Shown: piece by piece, positions 15,683-24,569 of the stretch | Layout of the letters: each line of letters starts with the position of its first letter | Numbering within the stretch: position 1 is the stretch's first letter | DNA from: Chthonomonadales bacterium | GTDB lineage: Bacteria; Armatimonadota; Chthonomonadetes; Chthonomonadales; CAJBBX01 | Length of the DNA stretch: 64,000 nucleotides | Reading direction: 5' to 3' | Assembly: GCA_049967475.1 (NCBI GenBank) | Contig: JBMFSQ010000015.1 | Span: 22,465-86,464 of the forward strand | Translations under genes and position numbers: made by a program | Notes under the pieces: generated by a model | Told to the model about the DNA's origin: nothing | The model's database searches: none | Seen by the model: only the letters and a program-made list of their open reading frames with translations

Positions 15683-16918
15683 TCATTCTTCAGTGCTGCC
15701 CTGAGCCTTCCCGGCTGTGGCTGCGAGGGGATGGACGGCATCCAAGATGCGGCGGGCGACCTCCCGCTTTGGGAGGTTGGGCAAGTCCTCCTGCCTTCCG
15801 TCCGGCCACAGAAGCGTGACAGTGTTCGTGTCTCCTTCAAAGCCGGCGCCGGGAGCGGACACATCGTTGGCGACGATGAGATCCAGGTTCTTGCGGCGGA
15901 GCTTGCCGGCGGCGTTTTCCAGCAGGTCCTCCGTTTCTGCGGCGAAGCCCACCAGCACCTGGTTGCGCTTGCGCTTGCCCAGCGTGGCCAAGATGTCCGG
16001 CGTCTCTACCAATCGGAGGGTCCGTGGGCGGCCCGTCTTGTGCATCTTATGGTCGGCCGGATGCGCGGATTGGTAATCGGCCGGGGCCGCGGCACCGATG
16101 AACAGTCGGCATTCCTCGAAGGCGCGTTCCGAGGCCAGGAGCATCTCTTGGGTGGTGGTGACGCGGATCACGTCTACGCCGTAGGGAGGTTCGAGCGCCG
16201 TTGGCCCCGTGATGAGCGTCACCGAGGCTCCGCGGGCGGCTGCTTCGGCGGCAAGGGCGTATCCCATCTTGCCGGATGAGCGGTTGGTGAGGAAGCGCAC
16301 AGGATCCAGCGCTTCGCGCGTAGGGCCTGCGGTGACCACGACGCGCACGCCTTCGTAGTCCCGTATGCGGGTAAGAACGCGGCGGATGGCTTCCACGATG
16401 CGGGGCGGTTCGGCCATGCGTCCCTGGCCTTCTGCGCGACACGCCAGGATGCCGTAATCCGGATCTATGATGATGATGCCGCGCTGGCGAAGCGTGCTCA
16501 GGTTCGCCTGGGTGGCAGGATGGGCGAGCATCACGGGGTTCATGGCAGGCGCCACGAGGATTGGAGCGCGGGCCGCCAGCAGGATCGTGCTGAGCAGATC
16601 GTCGGCAATGCCGTGGGCCATCTTCGCCAGGATGTTGGCTGTGGCCGGGGCCACCACGATGGCGTCGGCCGCTTGAGCCACGTCAATGTGGGCGATCTTC
16701 CCCTCGATGGGTTCGTCGAACAGAACCGAGAGAACGGGGTTGAGGGTGAGGGCGCGAAAGGTCGCGGCTCCCACGAAGCGGAGGGCGTTGTGTGTTGCAA
16801 CTACCTGGACGTCTGCGCCCTCGTGGACCAGCAGGGAAGCCAATTCGGCCGCTTTGTACGCTGCGATGCTGCCGGTAACGCCGAGAACGATCTTGCGGCG
16901 GCTGAGAGGTCCGTTCAT
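15683..16918 (-). CDS. coaBC: Phosphopantothenoylcysteine decarboxylase / ligase
   Basis: GVTGSIAAYK, APAMN, DPVRFLTNRSSGKMG and VGFAAET motifs; ATGA overlap with gmk. Confidence 0.97.
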   Translation of the reverse strand: MNGPLSRRKIVLGVTGSIAAYKAAELASLLVHEGADVQVVATHNALRFVGAATFRALTLNPVLSVLFDEPIEGKIAHIDVAQAADAIVVAPATANILAKMAHGIADDLLSTILLAARAPILVAPAMNPVMLAHPATQANLSTLRQRGIIIIDPDYGILACRAEGQGRMAEPPRIVEAIRRVLTRIRDYEGVRVVVTAGPTREALDPVRFLTNRSSGKMGYALAAEAAARGASVTLITGPTALEPPYGVDVIRVTTTQEMLLASERAFEECRLFIGAAAPADYQSAHPADHKMHKTGRPRTLRLVETPDILATLGKRKRNQVLVGFAAETEDLLENAAGKLRRKNLDLIVANDVSAPGAGFEGDTNTVTLLWPDGRQEDLPNLPKREVARRILDAVHPLAATAGKAQGSTEE

Positions 16919-17562
16919 CGCCGGCCGGCCTCCTGCGGACCCCCAGCCGGCGCTATGCGGCACCGTTCCGCCAGGATGATGGCGCGCAGAGCGGATGCGG
17001 CCTCGGCGAGCACGTCATTGACGATGAGATAGGTGTATTCCACCGCAGCCTCCAACTCAGTTCGGGCGATGGCAAGGCGATTGCGGATGGCTGTGTCGTC
17101 ATCCGATGCGCGGCTCCGGATGCGTCTCTCGAGCTCTTCCCAGGATGGCGGCGCCAAGAACACGAGGATGGCATCGGGCCATTTCTGCTTGACCTGTCGA
17201 GCGCCCTGCACCTCGATTTTGAGCAAAACATCTATGCCGGCAGCGGTGTGCTCCTCTACCCACGGGCGGGGCGTTCCGTACCACGCACCGTTGTAGAGGG
17301 CATACTCCAGGAACCTGCCCTGGGCGATGCCGTTCTCGAATTCCTCCCTCGTGAGGAACCAGTAATCCTTACCGTGAACCTCTCCCTCGCGCGGAGGCCG
17401 CGTGGTGGCGGTGACGCATCGCTCGATGCCCTGCGGCGCATCGGCGGCCTTCATCAGGGCGGTGAGGACGGCGTCTTTGCCGGAACCGCTGGGGCCCGAG
17501 AGCACAAACAGGCGGCCGTGCTGCGGCAACAGGTGTGAGATGAGCGGCGCATTGGCCTGCAT
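16915..17562 (-). CDS. gmk: Guanylate kinase
   Basis: GPSGSGK, TTRPPREGEVHGKDY and YGTP motifs. Confidence 0.96.
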   Translation of the reverse strand: MQANAPLISHLLPQHGRLFVLSGPSGSGKDAVLTALMKAADAPQGIERCVTATTRPPREGEVHGKDYWFLTREEFENGIAQGRFLEYALYNGAWYGTPRPWVEEHTAAGIDVLLKIEVQGARQVKQKWPDAILVFLAPPSWEELERRIRSRASDDDTAIRNRLAIARTELEAAVEYTYLIVNDVLAEAASALRAIILAERCRIAPAGGPQEAGRR

Positions 17563-17860
17563 GTGGAGGGCCTCCTTTGGGTTCAAGAGGTCGCGGGCGT
17601 TCCTGGCGATTATAGCACCGGCGCGCACGGCTGTAAACGCTGTGGAGGTATGTTCCAACCCTCTCGTTTGGGGCGCCTCTCCGGCGCGGTGACGATGTCC
17701 GGATGAGCGGGCGGCGTTGGGCTCAAGGGGATTTCAGCAGGGGTCTTCACCGTTACATCGGGAGCATCCGCGGGCGGGGATGCAGGCGCCGGCGCGCACC
17801 GGGACGCCTAGCCTGAAGGACAAAAAAGTTTTTGCTTGCAAAGGTTCCAAACCGCGAGTT

Positions 17861-17876
17861 TGGCACGTTTCTTGCA
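17861..17876 (+). promoter_or_regulatory. Sigma54 (-24/-12) promoter
   Basis: TGGCAC-gtttc-TTGCA, an exact match to TGGCAC-N5-TTGC, ~85 nt upstream of the PEP-CTERM-like gene. Confidence 0.8.
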
Positions 17877-17960
17877 GGGATGTAAATCGGGGGCCGCAGT
17901 GCGCCGAGAGGCTGTAGGGACCCGGTGCGCGCACCTTGGGCTTCCAGAAAGGGGATTGCC

Positions 17961-19394
17961 ATGTGCAACAAACGGTTGGTTGCGGGTTCGGCAGTGGCGT
18001 TCCTCGCGCTGCTGCCCGCAGCGTCCCAGGCCCAGTTCGTAATCGGCGCGAACTTCACTGGGAGCACTAAGGGGATCCAAAGCAACTTCATCCCTCCGGA
18101 CACCATGGGTGCCATCGGTCCGAACCACTTTGTGGAGACGCTCAACGGCAGCTTCCGCGTTTATGATCGAACGGGGATCGTGCTCCAAAGCAAGAGCTTG
18201 GACAAATTCTGGAAGGATGCCACAGGTACCCAGCCGAATGTATTCTCGTTTGATCCCCGCATCTTGTACGATGCGTCCACGAACCGGTGGTTTGCCACAG
18301 CCCTTGATAATCCCGGCGTATCCAACAACGCCATTCTGCTGGCCGTGTCGCAAACAGCAGACCCTACCGGCGCCTGGACCGGTTTTCGCATCGATTCGGA
18401 TCCGACCGTCAAGGGCCATTGGGCCGATTTCGACACCCTGGGCATGAACGGGCAGGGCATCTACATTTCCGTGAATGCCTTCAAGACCAGCGCGTCGTCC
18501 AACGGGATCACCCTCGTGGCGGTGAACAAGGCCAGCTTGGTGGGCGGGTCTCTCACCGGCAGTATCTGGTACAACGTTGATCCCAACGACACCGGGTATT
18601 CCGTGCAGCCCATCGTGGATACCACGGGCGGGGGAACGCCCCAGAACCTCTACTCGGCCTACAATGCTCCCGCCGGCAAGTTCAAGCTTTCCACAATCAC
18701 CGGCGCCAACGAAGGAAACACGCTGAACACGGCGGGCGGGCTCATCAATGTAAACGCCTACAACGATCCGCCGCTGGCGGCGCAGAACGGAGGACCCAAC
18801 ACCATCGAGGCCGGGGACACGCGCCTGGGCTCCAACCTCGTTCGCGTGGGCGGGAACGTGTGGGGCGTGGAGACGGTGAGCTCCGGCGGGCGGTCCGCCC
18901 TGCGATGGTTCCGAATTGACCCCACCACCAACACCATTGCAGAGGAAGGGATCATTGGCGACGCGACCCATGATTATTACGAGGGGTCCATCGCAGTGAA
19001 CGGCGCCGGGGACGTGGTCATCGGGTACACGCGTTCCGGCGACACGGAGTACGCCAGCAGTTATGCGAGCACGGGCTTTTTCAACGGCGTCACGACGGCC
19101 TTCAATGCTCCCATGCTGCTCAAGGCGGGTGTTGCCAGCTACAGCGTGCTCGACGGAAGCGGCCGGAACCGGTGGGGCGATTATAGCGCCACCATGGTGG
19201 ATCCGACGAACCCCAGTCATTTCTGGACGATCCAGGAATGGGCTTCGGGCAGCAATGTGTGGTCCACGCAGATTACGGAGCTGGTGAAGGGCCCCGGCGG
19301 AGCCGTGCCGGTATCGGGTTGGCAGACGACGCTCATCGGGAGCGGGCTTGCCGGCCTCGCGTGGATGCGGCGGCGCAGGGCTCAAGGCGCCTAG
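17961..19394 (+). CDS. Secreted/surface protein with a PEP-CTERM-like C-terminal sorting signal
   Basis: Signal peptide; PPDTMGAIGP, FDPRILYD and RWGDYS motifs; C-terminus AVPVSG-hydrophobic-MRRRR. Confidence 0.85.
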   Translation: MCNKRLVAGSAVAFLALLPAASQAQFVIGANFTGSTKGIQSNFIPPDTMGAIGPNHFVETLNGSFRVYDRTGIVLQSKSLDKFWKDATGTQPNVFSFDPRILYDASTNRWFATALDNPGVSNNAILLAVSQTADPTGAWTGFRIDSDPTVKGHWADFDTLGMNGQGIYISVNAFKTSASSNGITLVAVNKASLVGGSLTGSIWYNVDPNDTGYSVQPIVDTTGGGTPQNLYSAYNAPAGKFKLSTITGANEGNTLNTAGGLINVNAYNDPPLAAQNGGPNTIEAGDTRLGSNLVRVGGNVWGVETVSSGGRSALRWFRIDPTTNTIAEEGIIGDATHDYYEGSIAVNGAGDVVIGYTRSGDTEYASSYASTGFFNGVTTAFNAPMLLKAGVASYSVLDGSGRNRWGDYSATMVDPTNPSHFWTIQEWASGSNVWSTQITELVKGPGGAVPVSGWQTTLIGSGLAGLAWMRRRRAQGA

Positions 19395-19417
19395 GGGCTT
19401 ATTGGGCGTCGGCGCAG

Positions 19418-19453
19418 GAGGGGCTTGCCCGCACGGGCAGGCCCCTCTTTCTT
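19418..19453 (+). terminator. Rho-independent terminator
   Basis: gaggggcttgccc-gcac-gggcaggcccctc followed by tttctt. Confidence 0.8.
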
Positions 19454-19558
19454 AGGTTTGGAGGCAGGCGCAGTCTTCGGTTTGTGGGCGGTAACAGGAG
19501 AACCCAGGTAATCTAAAGGAGTGTGCGGGCGCAGCAGCGCCGGCTGCAAGGAGGCTAG

Positions 19559-20668
19559 ATGATCACCGTCCTTTCCGTGTTTGGGACGCGTCCCGAGGCC
19601 ATCAAGATGGCCCCCGTGGTTCGGAGGCTTCAACGGTACCCGGAGGAAATCCGCTCTGTCGTCTGTTCTACAGGCCAGCACCGGGAGATGTTGGATCAAG
19701 TGTTGGCCCTGTTCGATATCCGGCCGGATTATGACCTGAACCTCATGGAGCCGAACCAGAGCCTCTGCAGGCTTACTGCCAACCTATTTTTAGGGTTGGA
19801 GCCGGTGCTCGATGTCGTCCGGCCGGATTGGGTGGTTGCCCAGGGCGACACGACGACGGTGCTGGCGGCATCTCTGGCTGCCTATTATAAGGGGGCCCGC
19901 TTCGCCCATGTGGAGGCTGGGTTGAGGACCGGCGACAAGCGCCGCCCCTTCCCCGAGGAGATCAATCGCCGCCTTGCCGATGCGGTCAGCGACCTGTATT
20001 TCTGCCCCACGGATCGAGCGCGGCGCACGCTGTTGGCAGAGGGATACCCAGACGCAGCCGTGCTCGTGACCGGCAACACTGTGATAGACGCTCTGCTGGA
20101 CGTGGCGGCGCGCCCCTATGACTGGGCAAGCGGGCCTCTGGCCGGCGTCCCTTCTGCGGGCCCATTGGTGTTGGTAACGGCGCATCGGCGCGAAAGCTTC
20201 GGAGCGCCCTTCCGGATGCTCTGCGAGGCGATCCGCGAGCTGGCCGAGCGCTTCCCCGATGTGCACTTTGTGTATCCCGTGCATCTGAACCCCAATGTCC
20301 GGAGCCCCGTCGAGGAGATCCTCTCGGCGCGGAAGAATATCCATCTGCTTGAGCCGCTGGACTACCTTTCGCTGGTTCACCTTATGAAGCGGAGCACGCT
20401 CATCCTTACGGACTCCGGCGGGATCCAAGAAGAGGCTCCTGGGCTGGGGGTGCCGGTGCTCGTGATGCGCGACACTACCGAAAGGCCCGAGGGTGTAGAA
20501 GCCGGGGTCGTGAAGCTCGTGGGTACCGACCGGGCTTTGATCGTGGAAGAGGCGTCGCGTCTTCTGACCGATGCCGATGCGCGCGCCGCCATGGCTTCCG
20601 GAGTGAACCCCTATGGAGACGGGCGTGCGGCGGAACGCATCGTAGATGCCCTTCTCGCCCGTTCGTAG
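19559..20668 (+). CDS. wecB: UDP-N-acetylglucosamine 2-epimerase (non-hydrolysing)
   Basis: FGTRPEAIKMAP, TGQHREML, HVEAGLRT, PFPEEINR and TDSGGIQEEAP motifs. Confidence 0.97.
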   Translation: MITVLSVFGTRPEAIKMAPVVRRLQRYPEEIRSVVCSTGQHREMLDQVLALFDIRPDYDLNLMEPNQSLCRLTANLFLGLEPVLDVVRPDWVVAQGDTTTVLAASLAAYYKGARFAHVEAGLRTGDKRRPFPEEINRRLADAVSDLYFCPTDRARRTLLAEGYPDAAVLVTGNTVIDALLDVAARPYDWASGPLAGVPSAGPLVLVTAHRRESFGAPFRMLCEAIRELAERFPDVHFVYPVHLNPNVRSPVEEILSARKNIHLLEPLDYLSLVHLMKRSTLILTDSGGIQEEAPGLGVPVLVMRDTTERPEGVEAGVVKLVGTDRALIVEEASRLLTDADARAAMASGVNPYGDGRAAERIVDALLARS

Positions 20669-20693
20669 CAGGCCGGCGATTGGGAGGATGGGG

Positions 20694-21845
20694 ATGCATC
20701 CTTGGCAGATGACGCATCGCAGCGCTTCCCTAGAGCCGTTTCTTGTGATGGAGATCCTGGAGCGGGCTCAAGAACTGGAGCGGGCGGGGCGTTCGATCCT
20801 GCATCTGGAGGTTGGAGAGCCCGACTTCCCCACGCCGCCCGTCGTCGCCCAGGCAGCTCAGGCTGCGGTGGCCGCTGGAGACACGCACTACACCCATTCC
20901 ATGGGGCTTGTAGAACTGCGGGAGGCCGTATCCGAGCGGTATCGCCGCATCTACGGCGTCGAGGTGGGGCCCGAGCGCATCCTGATTACCGCGGGTTCCT
21001 CCCTGGCGCTCTTTTACGCATGTGCCGCTCTGATTGAGCCTGGGGACGAGGTCCTTTTTGCAACTCCGCATTATCCGTGCTATCCCAACTTCATCCGCTT
21101 CTTCGGCGGTCGTCCTATGGAAGTTCCCACGGATGCCTCGGACGGCTACCGTGTGGACGCGGCAGAAGTGCGCCGGCGCATCACACCGCGTACTCGAGCC
21201 ATATTGGTGAACTCACCTGCGAACCCCACCGGAGCCGTGCTGGATGGAGAGCGCATGCGCGCGTTGGCGGATCTCGGCGTACCGTTGATCTCGGATGAAA
21301 TCTACCATGGTCTCACGTATGAGGAGGAAGCCCGAACCGTGCTCGAGTTCACCAACCGGGCCTACGTGGCGGACGGCTTCAGCAAGCGGTATGCCATGAC
21401 GGGCTGGCGGCTTGGCTGGCTGGTGGTTCCACCTGGTGAGATGCGTGTCTTTCAGACGATGCAGCAGAGCTTCTTGATTTCGGCCAGCCCGATTGCACAG
21501 CGTGCCGGCATAGCGGCTCTTTGCGGCGGGGACGCGGCGGTGGAAGAGATGCGGCAGGAGTATTCCAGGCGCCGCGGGGTGATGGCGAACCTTTTCTCAG
21601 AGATTGGTTTTGAGATCCCGGTGCTTCCGGGAGGGGCATTCTACATATTCGCCGGGATCCGCCGCTTTGCCGAGGACAGTTACGCCTTCGCCTTCGACTT
21701 GCTGGAGCGCGCCGGTGTAGGAGTGGCGCCGGGCGTAGATTTCGGCGAAGCCGGCCGCCAGGCGGTGCGCCTCTCCTATGCGGCCGGGGAGGACGTGATC
21801 CGACGGGCGGCAGAGCGCGTGCACGGTTTCCTCAACCGCCGGTAG
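20694..21845 (+). CDS. PLP-dependent aminotransferase class I/II (AspC-like)
   Basis: EVGEPDF, NSPANPTG, SDEIY and GFSKRYAMTGWRLG motifs. Confidence 0.93.
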   Translation: MHPWQMTHRSASLEPFLVMEILERAQELERAGRSILHLEVGEPDFPTPPVVAQAAQAAVAAGDTHYTHSMGLVELREAVSERYRRIYGVEVGPERILITAGSSLALFYACAALIEPGDEVLFATPHYPCYPNFIRFFGGRPMEVPTDASDGYRVDAAEVRRRITPRTRAILVNSPANPTGAVLDGERMRALADLGVPLISDEIYHGLTYEEEARTVLEFTNRAYVADGFSKRYAMTGWRLGWLVVPPGEMRVFQTMQQSFLISASPIAQRAGIAALCGGDAAVEEMRQEYSRRRGVMANLFSEIGFEIPVLPGGAFYIFAGIRRFAEDSYAFAFDLLERAGVGVAPGVDFGEAGRQAVRLSYAAGEDVIRRAAERVHGFLNRR

Positions 21846-21865
21846 AACGGCACGAGGGTAGGTGC

Positions 21866-22909
21866 CTAACGGCCCGCTACACGGGTACGCAGGGCCGGGG
21901 ATTGGAGCACTTCTGCGTTCAATAATCCCGGGGGGACGCGCCCCTGCATGGCTGCCAGCACATTCTCCACAGAGCGGCGTCCCATGGCGGCGGCCGCTTC
22001 TGCTGCATTGAATGCGTTGTGGGGCGAGAGGATTACGTTGGGGGCCTGGCGCAGGGGATGGTCGGGCGGAAGCGGCTCGTGCTCGAATACGTCCAAGGCG
22101 GCGCCCGCGATCTGCCCGGCATGGAGTGCAGCAACGAGGGCTTCTTCGTCCACCAAGGAACCGCGGGCCGTATTGATAAGGAACGCCGTGGGCTTCATCT
22201 GGGCCAGGCGGTCCGCATTGATGATGTGGCGCGTTTCTGAGGTGGCCGGGGCGCAGAGGGCTACAAAGTCGCTTTCTGCGAGGAGGCGATGCAAGGAGGT
22301 AAGTTCCATGGAGGGGGCGTCCTTCGGTGGTTCCGAGAGCGCAGGGTCGTAGCCCAGGATGCGCATTTGGAAGCCGGCGGCGCGGTGGGCCACGGCCTTG
22401 CCGATGTTGCCGACACCGATGATGCCGATGGTCTTGCCGGTCACCAGGACCCCGGACGCTCCTCCCCAGCCTCCTGAGCGCATCTTCTGGTGCAATTCCG
22501 GGATGTGGCGGGCCAGAGCGATGGCGAGGCCCAGCGTATAGTCTGCCACGGCGTCGGACACAGCGCCCGGCGTGGTCGCAACCATCACGCCTGCCTCTGT
22601 GGCCGCTTGCACATCCACGGCGTCGTATCCCACGCCGCAGCGGGCAACCAGCTTGAGCCCCGGGCATGCGGCGAATACGCGGGCGGTGTAGGGTTCGATG
22701 GACGCGATCACGGCATCGCATCCGTCAAGGGCGGCGATGAGCGTATCCTCATCTATCGGGCCTGTGCGAGGTCCGTCGCGAAGGGTGCATCCAGCCTCCT
22801 CGAGGGATAACAGGGCATCTCTTCCCGTGGTCCAGAGGGCGCGAGCAGTGAGAAGAATGGTCCACGGGATAGGTGTTTGCTTCCTGGGGGTGGGGGCTTC
22901 ATCCGTCAT
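21866..22909 (-). CDS. D-2-hydroxyacid / phosphoglycerate dehydrogenase family protein
   Basis: RCGVGYD, GVGNIG, INTARG, LDVFEHEP and SPH motifs. Confidence 0.92.
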   Translation of the reverse strand: MTDEAPTPRKQTPIPWTILLTARALWTTGRDALLSLEEAGCTLRDGPRTGPIDEDTLIAALDGCDAVIASIEPYTARVFAACPGLKLVARCGVGYDAVDVQAATEAGVMVATTPGAVSDAVADYTLGLAIALARHIPELHQKMRSGGWGGASGVLVTGKTIGIIGVGNIGKAVAHRAAGFQMRILGYDPALSEPPKDAPSMELTSLHRLLAESDFVALCAPATSETRHIINADRLAQMKPTAFLINTARGSLVDEEALVAALHAGQIAGAALDVFEHEPLPPDHPLRQAPNVILSPHNAFNAAEAAAAMGRRSVENVLAAMQGRVPPGLLNAEVLQSPALRTRVAGR

Positions 22910-22912
22910 GCA

Positions 22913-24466
22913 TCAGAACCTTTCGGAGATGGATTTCGCCTGGGTGAAGAGGAGCAGGTAATCGCGGCCTCCTGCTTTGCTGTCTGTGCCGCTCATGTTG
23001 AAGCCGCCGAAGGGTTGAACATCCACGAGGGCGCCCGTGATCTTGCGATTGAGATAGAGATTGCCAACGTGGAATTCGTGGCGCGCCTGTTCCAGGTGGG
23101 GCCGGTTGCGGGAATAGACGCCGCCGGTGAGGCCGTACTCAGTGCCATTGGCGATATCTAGGGCTTCGCTGAAGGATCTGGCACGGATTACTGCAAGCAC
23201 GGGGCCGAAGATCTCTTCTTGCGCGATGCGGGCGGCGGGGGCCACATCGGCAAAGATGGTAGGAGCCACAAAGAAGCCGTCCCCGGTGTTTTGTGGAGGG
23301 CCGCCGCCGAGGATCAGCCGGCCTTCTGTTCTTCCCACGTTGATGTACTGCAAGATGGATGCGTGGGCGCTACGGTCTATGACGGCTCCCATGAAGACGG
23401 AGGGATCCACCGGGTCACCCACGGTGATGGCTTCGGCGCGTTTGACTACGCGGCCGAGGATGGCTTCGTAGATTTCATCGAGGGCGATGAGGCGTGAGCA
23501 GGCGGAGCACTTCTGGCCTTGGAAGCCGAACGCCGAGAGAACGATGCCTTCGGCGGCGGCGTCCAGATCGGCGTCTGCGTCTACGATGATGGCGTTCTTT
23601 CCGCCCATTTCGAGGATGGCGCGCTTGATCCAGTTTTGGCCTGGGGCCCGGCGCGCGATGCGTTCGTTGATGTGCAGTCCCACGTCTTTGGAACCGGTGA
23701 AGGCGACGAAGCGCACCAGAGGATGTCCTGTGAGGACTTCTCCTGCGTCGCTTCCGGAACAGGGCAGGTAGTTTAGGACGCCGGGGGGCACGGATGCCTC
23801 TTCCAGGAGTTCGAAGAGTTTGGCCGCGATTACGGAGGCCTGGCCTGCGGGCTTCATCACCACAGTATTACCGGCTACGAGGGCGGCTGTGGTCATGCCC
23901 GTGAGGATGGCCAGCGGGAAGTTCCATGGCGCGATGACGCTCCCGGCGCCCAGCGGCAGATACCGCACTTCATTCTCTTCGCCGGGGTACGGCGTAGTTG
24001 GGTGCGGGAGGCCCAGCTCCATCATTTGGCGGGCGTAGAACTCCATGAAATCTATCGCTTCGCAGGCATCGGCGTAGGCTTCCGGCCAGGATTTGCTGAC
24101 CTCGTAGACCATCCATGCGGCGAATTCGTAGATGCGGCGCCGAAGAAGGGCAGCGGCTTTGAGGAGGATGCGCGCCCGTACTTCGGGCTCCGTACGACGC
24201 CACGAAGAGTACGCTTCATGGGCTGTGCGGATGGCTCGATCGGCAAGGTCCGGCGTCGCGCGCGCAACGGACCCTATGAGCTGATCGGGGTGGGCCGGAT
24301 TGTGCGAAAGGATGCGCTCGGGGGTTTGGATGCGCTCGCCGCCGATCACCAGGGGATACTCCGCACCCAAACGGCTGCGCACATAGTCCAGAGCGGCGAG
24401 CATCCTTTGCCGCGGCTCTTCACGTGAGAAGTCTACGGGCGGTTCGTTGGCGAACGGAGTGAGCAT
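22913..24466 (-). CDS. pruA: L-glutamate gamma-semialdehyde (P5C) dehydrogenase
   Basis: PFANEP, PWNFPLAI, EMGGKN, FGFQGQKCSACSR, QEEIFGP and GTDSKAGG motifs. Confidence 0.96.
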   Translation of the reverse strand: MLTPFANEPPVDFSREEPRQRMLAALDYVRSRLGAEYPLVIGGERIQTPERILSHNPAHPDQLIGSVARATPDLADRAIRTAHEAYSSWRRTEPEVRARILLKAAALLRRRIYEFAAWMVYEVSKSWPEAYADACEAIDFMEFYARQMMELGLPHPTTPYPGEENEVRYLPLGAGSVIAPWNFPLAILTGMTTAALVAGNTVVMKPAGQASVIAAKLFELLEEASVPPGVLNYLPCSGSDAGEVLTGHPLVRFVAFTGSKDVGLHINERIARRAPGQNWIKRAILEMGGKNAIIVDADADLDAAAEGIVLSAFGFQGQKCSACSRLIALDEIYEAILGRVVKRAEAITVGDPVDPSVFMGAVIDRSAHASILQYINVGRTEGRLILGGGPPQNTGDGFFVAPTIFADVAPAARIAQEEIFGPVLAVIRARSFSEALDIANGTEYGLTGGVYSRNRPHLEQARHEFHVGNLYLNRKITGALVDVQPFGGFNMSGTDSKAGGRDYLLLFTQAKSISERF

Positions 24467-24569
24467 GGCTGCAGTTCTCCCTCGGGCGTTGTGTGGTGCC
24501 TGGGACGGGGCGTTGCGTGTCCCCCTCTGTGGGCCATTATACCCGTGTAGATCGCATCCATCCGAGCGG

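Noticed and set aside
17808..19385. 525-aa minus-strand ORF
   Set aside because: Antisense shadow of the PEP-CTERM-like gene, with no motifs.
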